64,000 nt of DNA, taken from Haliotis rubra (lineage: Eukaryota). This document shows positions 26,237-37,652 of this stretch, in pieces (the first letter of the stretch is position 1; every line of letters starts with the position of its first letter). The position numbers and the translations under genes were made by a program. The notes under the pieces are model-generated. The model worked only from the letters and a program-made list of their open reading frames with translations, was not told the origin of the DNA and searched no databases. The stretch covers positions 1 through 64,000 of the forward strand of contig NW_025765187.1 of NCBI RefSeq assembly GCF_003918875.1. Reading direction: 5' to 3'.

Positions 26237-28526
26237 ATGGCGGCTGCCAAAATATTGACAGACAACCACCTCACCTGTGTCATCTGTACCGAGGTGTTCA
26301 CAGACCCTGCCACACTTCAGTGTAATCACACATTCTGTAAGTCCTGTCTGTTGAAATACACCAACACACAGCCTGAAGCAATACAAGCCAAGTCCATCCC
26401 ATGTCCCTCCTGTAGACAACTGACGAAGGGGGCCACCCCTGACAGTCCAGTAGAGGAGTGGGTCAGTCAGCTGAAACCAAGCCATGTCATACAAGGGCTG
26501 ATGGACGACTTCGGACCAGGGAGCAAAGGTAACGAATTGACACTTGACGTCCAATGATTATTTTTAAATGTTGTGGAAATATGTAAAAAATGTCTTTTGT
26601 TGTAATTTTAAGATGGAATGAATATATACAATCAATGAATGATGTATGAAATATTTTCATTTGACTATATTTCAATTTTTCTGGTGTTTGGTATCCTTAC
26701 ATCAGTCGACATTTATTATCGACATTTGCATTGATTCTTCTCACATTCTTATTATTTTGAAATTCAATTTCCAACACTATAATTTGTCTCTAAGTTAATT
26801 ATTGTACAATGTAACTGATTCTAGGAAATTTCAATACACTTATATATGTGTTCCTTTATCCAGAACAAAAACAGCTTGTTCTTTGCCATTACAGCGGCCC
26901 ATGTAAATATCTGCAGTGTTTGCAAAGTACAAGGGAAGACAACTCCTGCCATCTCGTGGTGCTCCGTCTGTGACGATGTCTTCTGTGATGGATGTCTGAA
27001 GATGCACAACGTGATGACGATGTTACGTGACCATGAAGTTGTGGATGTGTCTGATACCACCAAAAGAAAAGCCAAGCAACGCTTCATGTGTAAAATCCAC
27101 AAAGACGAACAGATTAAGTTGTTCTGTAAGGATTGTGGGATGGCCATTTGTCACACATGCTGCAGTATAAAACACAGGAAATGTGACGATGTTGATACTT
27201 TAGATAACATGACCCCTGTTGTCAGAGAACACCTGTCAAATCAAAAGCACGAACTGAAAATGAAAATGACAACTTCAGAAAACAAAATAATGTTCAGGAA
27301 ATCTCAAATTGAAGAAATAGAGTCCAATGCGCAAAGTATAAAAGATGAAATCAGACAATTACGTAAGAAAGTGGTAGAAGTGATTTTACGGAAGGAGAAA
27401 CAACTCCTTGATAAAGTCGACCGATCTTCCGATAAACAATTACAGGAATTAAAAGCAGAAATAAAATCCCAGGAGATTGAGCTGCAGATGTACCAGCAAC
27501 AGTATGAGTTCACAGCCAATGCTGTCTCGTCCAACAGTGAGATGGACATGTATGCCGTCTATGAGTCAGTGGGTGAGTCAACAGACAACAGAGACAGGGA
27601 CAACCAACCAGCACCAGGAAGGGTTGTATTTACTCACGACATGGACAAGCTGAGTAAAGCAGTGGATGAGCTACAGCTAGGGGAGGTTGATGTTGTCGGT
27701 GGTGTGAGTGACCACCAGTCTACCCCTGTTCTACATCACACTATTGACTGTCAGGCAGATGATAATGACATTGGGGAGCCTGAATTGTTTGACGTCACAG
27801 TGTTGACTGTTGATGGTATAAAAGTAACAGTAGTTGCAGATAACAATAACAACAGCATCAAAACATATCAAACATCAAAATCAAACACCCTAAGTAATCG
27901 CCTACTACTTTCCTATAGTCCTTATCAAATAGCAAAGCTAAGTGAACGTCGGATAGCTGTCAGTGTTCCGGGCAGTCAGGAAATAGTTACAGTGGATGTT
28001 ACTCCAGATCCTGTATTGCTGTCAACTATCAAAACAACTAAAAGCTACTTTGCTCTAGCCTGTCTGAGTCCTTCACAGCTGGTGGCAGGTACAAATAGAC
28101 AGTCTCACTCTGTGGACATACTGGACATGACAGGGAAGATACTGAAGTCTATCAACACGGGTGTCATAAAGAATCCAAACTATATCCATGTCACCAGTAA
28201 TAACAACTTGATAGTCAGTGAAGCATCAGTAAAATCCCTCGTATCTGTGACCAGTGAAGGAGAAGCTGTTTTCACCTACACACCCACAAGGGACAGAGCT
28301 CTGATGTATCAACGGGGTATCACAACAACCAGCACAGGAGATATCCTGCTTGTAGACCGCGACTCCCACAAAGGTGATTCAGCTGACAGCGTCAGGGCAG
28401 TTTGTCAGAGATGTCCTCACACAGCAGGATGGTCTGGAAGATCCTCGTGGTATCTGTCTTGATGGGGACGGGTTTGTGTATGTTACATGTAGGCGATATG
28501 TAAAGGTATTCAAATTGAAAAAGTGA
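26237..28526 (+). pseudogene. TRIM-NHL copy 2, join(26237..26528,26895..28526); +1 frameshift near 28371 (pseudogene, truncated allele or sequence error)
   Basis: Splice sites are as in copy 1. CACAAAGG replaces CACAAGG, giving a stop at 28462 (619 aa, last NHL blades lost). Removing one A restores a 640-aa frame ending at TGA 28526. Confidence 0.85.
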
Positions 28527-28987
28527 GACGTGTTTCAAATATACTCTTCAAAAAAGTAGGGTGATTTGTTTTCATTTACGATTGATAAAGCTGGGAGATA
28601 TATCGGAGTAAATCAATGTTGATATGATGATAATGAACATTTTAGAGTGCATCGCCACTTGCGCTTCCTGATGACCATAGTTTGTACAGTAATCGCTGTA
28701 AAAGGATGATTGGTATATGATGTGAAATTTGCATGTGTACGATGTTCATTCAGTTGTATGTGATTCCAGCAAACAATTGTATACCAGATGCAAGATGATT
28801 GTAAACAATGATGGTCTACAGTGATTTATCGACTAGCTTTGAAAACCGTCAAAATCCAGAATGACACCCAATGCACGTGTATGGGGCTAATGCGTTGTGC
28901 ACGTGCATCCCATGCGTTTTGTTTAGGGTTGGTGATCAAGAGAAATGCCTGTGCGTTCGTAAGATGTCTGTCTTTGAAGCTTTTGTT

Positions 28988-29389
28988 GACATGACAGGGA
29001 GGATACTGAAGTCTATCAACACGGGTGCCATAGAGAATCCAGACTGTATCCATGTCACCAGAAATAACAACTTGATAGTCAGTGAAGGAAAAGTAAAATC
29101 CCTTGTATCTGTGACCAGTGAAGGAGAAGCTGTTTTCACCTACACACCACCCGGGGACAGAGCTCTGAAAAGGCCATGGGGTATCACAACAACCAGCACA
29201 GGAGATATCCTGCTTGTAGACCGCGACTCCCACAAGGTGATTCAGCTGACAGAGTCAGGGCAGTTTGTCAGAGATGTCCTCACACAACAGGATGGTCTGG
29301 AATATCCTTGTGGTATCTGTCTTGATGGGGACGGGTTTGTGTATGTTACATGTGGGCGATATGTAAAGGTGTTCAAATTGAAAAAGTAA
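28988..29389 (+). pseudogene. Orphan NHL C-terminal cassette (copy 2b), open frame
   Basis: DMTGRILKSINTG...VFKLKK* is fused to 3' UTR sequence at GAAGCTTTTGTT|GACATGACAGGG. The first 39 codons of ORF 28871-29389 are UTR-derived. Confidence 0.85.
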
Positions 29390-30866
29390 GACGTGTTTCA
29401 AATATACTCTTATAAAAAGTAGGTGGATTTTATTTTTCATTTACGATTGATAAAGCTGGGTGATATATCGGAGTAAATCAATGTTGATATGATGATAATG
29501 AACATTTTAGTGTGCATCGCCACTTGCGCTTCCTGATGACCATAGTTTGTACAGTAATCGCTCTAAAAGGATGATTGGTGTATGATGTGAAATTTGCATG
29601 TGTACGATTTGCATTCAGTTGTATGTGATTCCAGCAAACAACTGTATAACAGATGCAAGATGATTGTCAAAAACGATGGTCTACAGTGATTTATCGACTA
29701 GCTTTGAAAACCGTCAAAATCCAGAATGACAACCTATGCACGTGTATGGGGCTACTGCGTTGTGCACGTGCATCCCATACGTTGTGTTTAGGGTTGGTGA
29801 TCAAGAGAAATGGCTGTGCGTTCATAAGATGTCTGTCTTTGAAGATTTTGTTGACTCTTGTACTTCCTATCTAAATTTAAAGTTCAGGTTCCCCTGCTTT
29901 GTTTTAAGAGTATGTGAACATAATTCGATCACACAACACAATATCTGTTACAGGCCAACTTCAGGTACTGTTTATGGCTTTTCATGTCATTCATAAAGTT
30001 AGCACATTGACCAAACACTGGATCTCATGTCTTATAGCAAATAGTTTTAATCACAGATGGGTGAGACAAACGTTGATGAAGAAAACAGTAACAAATATCC
30101 ATTATTATCATTTTATTCTTCATTTTTTCAAGGTCCAATGTGGTTAAGTGACTCACGAACTGTCTATCCGTAAAATCGAATTTATATGTTTTTCTGCATT
30201 TCTATAGGAATGTTTATGTATTATGAATATTCAATAAATATACTGCTAAAACTCACTCAGTAACTCACTCACTCACTCCACAGAAGTACCTCTGTGGCCA
30301 CCATTTTTCTGAATAACTACAATCCATCTCCTGTATATTAGTTGTACAAGTACTCCCTACCACAGAGCCTAGATCTTGTATGGAAGTCACGAAGACATAA
30401 GGGCGAAGATCGCTGTGTCGGACAAGGTGGTGGGGTAGCCTAGCAATTTAAGCGTTCGTTCGCCATGCCGAAGATACGGGTTCGATTCTCCACGAGTTTA
30501 CAATATGTTAACCCCATTTCTGGTGTCCCTCACCGTGATATTGCTGGAATATTGGTAAAAGCGGCGTAAAACTAAACTCACTCACCTCCGAGGAACAATT
30601 TGACATTTTACAATACAAATATAGCGATAATTTTGATAAAAATTAGAGCTTAGATCGCTCTGTGGAACAGCATCAGGTTCCTGGCCAAGGGACCTTGAAA
30701 GAAATATTTTGCTGAGCACGAATATTTTCTTATTTAAGTCTTAAGAGTTAAAACAAAACATAGAGTTATTTTCATGATCCCAGAGCCTGGTTGTGATGTA
30801 GACAAGAATTAGGACCAATTCTAACCAGGAACTCTGTGTGTGTGAAAAGTTGAGAGAAAACAAAGA

Positions 30867-30966
30867 CTGACTGACTGAATGAGTTTGGTTTTCGCCGCTT
30901 TTAGCAATATTCCAGCAACATCACGGCCGTGGACACCAGAAATGGGCTTCACACATTGTACCCATG
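30867..30966 (-). mobile_element. 5'-truncated family-A SINE with a 13-bp TSD; shared with 50693-50793
   Basis: Flanked by GAGAAAACAAAGA / GAGAAACCAAAGA. The empty site GAGAGAAACCAAAGAAG is at about 9873-9889. Confidence 0.85.
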
Positions 30967-33472
30967 GAGAAACCAAAGAAGTATTTCTCAGGCACTTGTC
31001 ACTTCGACCAGACAATCCACTGATGAACATTACATCACTGACGTATTTGAATAGGATGACATTGATCAGACAAGTCTGACCACACAAAGTCTGGCCCATA
31101 TCATCAGTGAGCAATTTGTATAGGATGTCATATATGCATCAAACAAAGCTGAAAGTCTGACAAAACGGAAATTTCCGAGTCTCGACCAGACAATCAAGTG
31201 ATTAACATGACATCAGTACCTTGTATCGGACGACATTCATCTAATTATAACTAGTCTGTGACTCTGGCCACACCATCCTACCATATGCTTTATACAACAA
31301 GCATGGGAAGCTGCGGATGAACCACACGTTGAAATCATGATACAGGATGGTAGGGTAGTCTAGTGATTAAAGCATTCGCTTGTCACGCCAAGGACCCAGG
31401 TTCAATTCATGGATACAATGTGTGAAGCCTATATCTGGTGTCCTCTGCCATGATATCATTGGAATATAGCTAAAAGCGACGTAAAACCAAACTCACTCAC
31501 TCACTCAAATCATGATATCAGTAATTGATACAGGACAATCTGTTAAGTTCAAATTGTTTATTGTGTGATATTTTTCTACAGCTTTGTACATATTATGTTT
31601 AAGGTATTATTTTCAATTGTGACACAATCAAACACAATAGCACTGGACAGAAGGAAGAAAATCACAAGGGTTAAAGCATCTAGACAGGACAGTTAAAGTG
31701 AAAGGGGTTAACACTAGCAGTCACTGTCCATCACTTGCAGCCTTAACCCTTTAACACTTGCTACAAGTGCAATGGTTTTAATGTCAAACATGTAATACCA
31801 GTCAGCAGCAGAAGGGTTAAGGTGGTGACGACACAAGTTCAGCATCAAAGAGCTTCAACATTTTCAGGATTTCAATAAAATACCTATTGTCATCTCAGCA
31901 GAAACATTAGAAAGACAATCCAGGATTTTCAAGGAGGAACAGAACTTGTAAATTATACTTTTAGTTTAGTCGTAAGAACTTCATATTTTCCCTTTTTACA
32001 TTCGCTGGAATGAGTGTAGGGACACTTCACATGATTAAAAAAACTAAAATATTTTGTTTGGTCATAAGCGTCCGTTATAGAATAAGGTATTTTCAAAAGA
32101 AGGGTTTAAACCTCTAGACCCCGACAATTGAATAAAGTATTCCTACCAGGTGGAGTCTGGTTATTTGGCTCTGTTGAGGATCGATATCAGGAACAGGAAT
32201 GAATACACAACTAGTTCCCCATCGAAAGAAATTTTAAGTTGGAACTTAGTTCTGTATAGCCTTAATATGGTTTAGCTCCCTCTTGCAATTTCTGTCAGGT
32301 CCAGGGTGCTGGTGATGACAATCCTACCAAATAGTAGTCATCTATTCCTTCATCCATCATTCCAATTAGAAATGTATGGATCCGTATGTCTGTTATTTTC
32401 TATGACACCTGCTTAATGTTGAGGGAAAATATTGCTGCAACATCATCACTATTATCTCCATATAAATTTTGAAACCATCAGCTGCTGTTCTGCGTCCTTA
32501 AAATCAGTACATTATATGCAAAGGTGCAATACTGACTTCAACACGTGTCTACAGTAAACCCCTAGAATTTGGTTCAGACTCTCCCACGAAAACATCTCGA
32601 AGAATCCATTTTGAAAATATAGGGTTGAAAGAATTCATGAATATGACAAAGCCAGTGCAAAGTTCAAAAGTCCATCACAATTTGGAATTCATTGGAAATA
32701 TATTACAGCTTCCCTTGCTAAGTGATACAGACAAACACAAAACCAATTGCCTTGTCTTGGGCCTGGTGATCTATGTACAGTTAACCATTCAAATGTAACA
32801 AGCCATTGTCTCTCAGTAATGTCTACAGTCTCAATCTTGTCTTTGGGACTTGAATACATACATTTTTCACATACGCCTACAGATATCCCATCAAAATTTC
32901 AGGGTACAATTTCTTTCTGGACCAACACTTAAGGGCCTTCCTAAATTTTGATGGCTTGCTGTAACAGTAATGATTTTCATTCTGCTGCAAACTGGACTGT
33001 AGATTATTTTTAAGACGAGTGAATATTCCATATATTATTTTCATAATACTGTGGGTTCCCCTGCATTTTAGTTTTTTCATGAAAAATGGCAGAAAATCTT
33101 TCAACAACACTAATGCCATATTATCTTCAGTTAAATCAGTTCAAACATTTAACATTCAACAAATGTTAAGAATTTGAATGATTTTATCAACATGCAAAAA
33201 GGAAATAAGTCACTTCATATACAATTACATGCTAATTTTCATTTCATTATATGGAACTAATAATTAAACTTCATTCACGCCAGAATTTCAAGACTGCATT
33301 ACCCTACCCAGAACATCACTACAATGATCCATGTCAAAGTTCACTTGCTAGTCTACAGAAATGCTATAAAAACATACAAAAGGGTATCACATTCCATCAC
33401 GGTGTCCAAGGTAGTTAGAAGAAGAATTATGCAATAAAATGGACCATAGTATGTTGGTAACAATTCATTAAC

Positions 33473-34490
33473 ATCGGAATAATCAGTAACAATGAGGAAA
33501 CAATATAGAAACAAGGAAACAAAACCATTTCACACATGGGACATCTTGGTGTCAACATTTGCATTCAAGTTGCTGAGATGAATCGAAGACTTGCGACTGA
33601 TGGACGTGAAACTGACGTGACGTGACGTTGTCAGTGTCAGTGCCGATTTCATCAAGTGCTTGTCACTCTTCTACAGGTGACTCAGCCTGACTAGTTCACG
33701 ACTCAAACAGGTAATAAAATAACTAATTCTATTACTAACCCAGCCAGAAATTGATGATTATGCAAATCTAACATCAAAACTTGAGAAAGTTTCTTATAAA
33801 CATAACATGAATTTTCAACATTTCAATATATTATCTGCACAATAAAATAAATAAATCTTGCTGCATGGTTTAATGCACTAAACAACAAACAACAACATAT
33901 TCACAGTTTAACAGTTTTACTCGTAAGTACCCCTTAGGTCATTCCTTTTTTAAAAAGTTGGTTTTTCCAAAACTGTATCGGAATAATCAGTAACAATGAG
34001 GAAACAATATAGAAACAAGGAAACAAAACCATTTCACACATGGGACATCTTGGTGTCAACATTTGCATTCAAGTTGCTGAGATGAATCGAAGACTTGCGA
34101 CTGATGGACGTGAAACTGGCGTGGCATGTCGATATTGACGTCGTCAGTGTCAGTGCCGATTTCATCAGGTGCTTGTCACTCTTCTACAGGTGATTCAGTC
34201 TGACTAGTTCCCTAATCAAACGGGTAATAAAATAACTAATTATATTACTAACCCAGCCAGAAATTGATGATTATGCAAATCTAACATTAAAACTTGAGAA
34301 AGTTTCTTATAAACATAACATGAATTTTCAACATTTTAATATATTAACTGCTCAATAAAATAAATAAATCTTGCTGCATGGTTTAATGCACTGAACAACA
34401 GACAACAACATATTCACAGTTTAACAGTCTTACTCGTAAGTACCCCTTAGGTCATTCCTTTTTTAAACAGTTGGTTTTTCCAAAACTGTA
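33473..34490 (+). repeat. About 505-bp imperfect tandem duplication
   Basis: ATCGGAATAATCAGTAACAATGAGG starts at 33473 and again at 33977, and both units end at CCAAAACTGT. The sequence is single-copy at 53.3-53.8 kb. Confidence 0.9.
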
Positions 34491-36263
34491 TGGTTAATCT
34501 TGGAAACTTACCTAAAATGAATATAATTATTATTTGTGAAATTAATTTTGGGTGAATCAAAATATTAAATATATCAATAAGATCAGGTAACTGAAATTTC
34601 TTACAAGCACATAAATAATGACAACATCAATTTTATTCTACACTGTTTCACGGATTGTCAAAATACCCAACAATAAATCGTTTTTATGTCATATAATAAA
34701 TACAAATACTTTTTAATCTGGACTGCCAAAGTATCACCTTTATCTTGGAATGTTTGAATTCCACAGAGAATGCTCAAGAAATTACACCTAATAATGACTC
34801 AATATTCTTTTTGCGATATAATGGCCAACATGTTTTCAAGGGCACTTTCCCTGTCTCACATGGAACTAACGTAGTTGAGATTACAATGGGAAAGAAAGCA
34901 GTATATGAAATAAAACTTTGACCAAAACCAACAAAATAATTTAATAAAGTATATTTTGATGTGAAAATTAACTGTGTTCTTATATCAACATTGCATATAT
35001 ATATAACATTATGTCCCATCACGAGCAATATTTGATACTACCATGAGGATTCAAACCTAGAACCTGAGTGATCAAACTAACAATGGGTCAAATATAAGCC
35101 AATATTTGATACCACTTTTTTCATTTGAAACCTCGTTCCAAAATTTCAGACATTACGGAAATTTCAAAACGATGTCATTGTTCTCAATGGCAATATTCAT
35201 AAAGCAAAGATCAACAAAAATTAAATATCAAACGAAATCCTCTAATTTCAATTTGATTAGGATACGAGTATATTAAAAACCTATACCCTGGATTCCCACT
35301 GAGATGCTGACATTTCAATTAGTCCATGTGGCCTTTATTAATCCAGTCAAACATATTAAACCACCCAACATATTTGAAGAATTCTCAGCAACGACCAACA
35401 TGAAAAACAACAATATTTATTATTCACTGATTTGTCTGCAGGCAAATCAAATAAATAAAGACAGCATTAATAATTAGCGTTTTAATCCACAAATGTCCAC
35501 ATGTTATTTTGCTGCTACACTGTACATCCTGTTAGCCCTGTACTATAGCAAAGCTTACGATCTAATACTACCTAGTGAGTCCTGAGATGGTGGGTATGGT
35601 GTCAGGGTGGGTTTGGGGGGACGTCAGAGTGGATGAGATGAGCGTGTGTTCAAGTACTAATCGTAAAAGGTTAGTGATCTCCGTTTCACCAAAACATTGT
35701 GTCGTGAAAAGCATCAATTTGTTGAAGTTTCCTTTCCATGAACAACACTATAAACAGCAGGCAAAAGAAACATGAAAATGGAATTGGATATAGAAATTAT
35801 GAACCTTATTGAAAAGCTCTTCGGCTGATAACAGTCGCAAACATGACAAAAATCTCTGTGTTTATTATTTCACAGGTAGATGCAGCATGATATTAAACCA
35901 AAATATAAACGACGTACATACTTTGAATATGTCATATATTCAAGCTGAAGTAACAAGTATACAAGATTTGTAACGCAAGTAGGACCAGGTTATCTCTAGA
36001 AAGAAGCGCGCACACTGACTTAGCAGCTTAACATGCAGCGTATCTTCCGACCAGCTAAAATCATAACGTTTTACATTTCCTTATACGTGATATCTACACA
36101 AGTGTGCTGAAAATTTAAGCACAGGAAAGATCAGTAATAACACAACTATGTCTTATCATTTTAACTCAGTACAGATGCAATTCATATCTAAGCAACTTAT
36201 TTAAATGTCAAACCTAATCAACATACTCAGTGGGTGTGTTATCTTGACTTTTGTACTTTGTAA

Positions 36264-36367
36264 TCATGTGAACGAAGCCATGTCACCTGACACCACGCAC
36301 AACAATAACAACCAGGAAGTACAAGGTGGCCAGTCTTACGATTCACTGTGTAGTTCTTGTGGGAAGT
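36264..36367 (+). promoter_or_regulatory. Diverged promoter/exon 1 of TRIM copy 3 with a mutated donor
   Basis: TCATGTGA (36264), GTCACCTGAC (36282) and CAGGAAGT (36313). The donor reads TG|GGAAGT instead of TG|GTAAGT. Confidence 0.5.
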
Positions 36368-37652
36368 CACACGTTAATATTTCACAATACAAACAAAGTT
36401 ATAACCATACCTTGCATTTTAGCAAAGATTTCGTTTAATTGTTGGATGTTTTTTAGTGGTGAGTACGAGTGGTATTTCAATTTTGTTTGAGCACAAGATC
36501 CGGGTTAGAACTGGTCGTAAGAGGCGAGATCGGGGGATCAGGCTCACTGATCAGGTTGGCACATGTCACCGTCTCCCAACTGCTCATGATGTTGATATTA
36601 CTATAAAATATAGGTAGCTTGAGTTTTTAGCACATACTTTTAATTGTGGGATGTTGTTGGGGGAGATGCGGAAGGTATGTTCTGGTATAGTGTCACCTGC
36701 TGAAATTTCAATTCTGAAAATGGCTCTTATATCGGTGCCCTTTTACAAACTATTGTTGTAATCAGCATAAGGTAACATGGAGTTTTAAAGACAAGTCGAT
36801 CATGGGCTTCATGACGATACACAAGGGTTCACCAGAGTTACGTCCCTTTCAACTTTCCTTATGCAATACCATCTACTGCAGCTTCATGGCTTTTGATATG
36901 TCTGTGCGTAGGTGAGCGCTTGCGTGTGCGCGTATGTATGTGTGTTACTTACTTTATTCAGTTAAAAGAACCTCATGCATCCAGAATTGTAGGTTCAGAT
37001 TAAGTGACAGTATACGAACGTGTCGCCTTTTTGACACTTCAACATTCACTGCAGGTACCACTCCTATAGTTTCGAGTGGTACTTTATGAGCAACTGCCAC
37101 TATTTAGGAGCAAGCAATAAAGGTGGAATTATACTCCTAATTACCAATACAAAATGTATGTGATACTGACTGTTTTGAAATAAAACAATAATTAACAAGG
37201 AGCTAGTCTCCAGTTGACACATCTGTTGACACATATTACCTACTAGTATTAACCGTTCGAAAATGAAACCGGGTATTAAAGTCTTTAAACCCACACATCA
37301 TACATATTGAAATTAACCCGTACTGGAAACGACGTTGTTCTTCTACTTTCGCTTAATATGATTTTTATTGATATTTTTTCAAGATATTTGACTCGATGTT
37401 GTGTACGTGTATTGCTCATAAATGGATGAAGCTAAAGTCAAAAGATATTTTCGCCTTTCCTTCGTGCAACGAGGTTCTTCCGTATACAGTTACATGCACA
37501 CTAACTGCACGTCAATAAGATGTTACGCCTTTGACGTTCGGGTAGAATCTATCGAATAGCCGTCTGAAGAAGGCAAAACACATTTCTTGTATCAGACCAC
37601 ATTCTTTTTAAAGCGACAAAACGACATATTTAAACCATGTATTGCTCTTCAG

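Larger units (their letters stand above)
29390..35569 (+). repeat. Segmental duplicate of 49206-54955 (TRIM 3' flank plus distal tomosyn 3' region)
   Basis: Colinear match to 49206-54955. Homology ends at ACGATCTAATACT (35569 vs 54955). Confidence 0.92.

Noticed and set aside
28871-29389. Independent 172-aa NHL gene
   Set aside because: The N-terminus is 3' UTR sequence fused in frame by chance, with no promoter or splice acceptor evident. It is kept only as an orphan cassette.
32877-33119. 80-aa minus-strand ORF conserved at 52702-52944 (and other short ORFs repeated between units)
   Set aside because: The conservation reflects recent segmental duplication. No domain, splice or codon evidence supports it.
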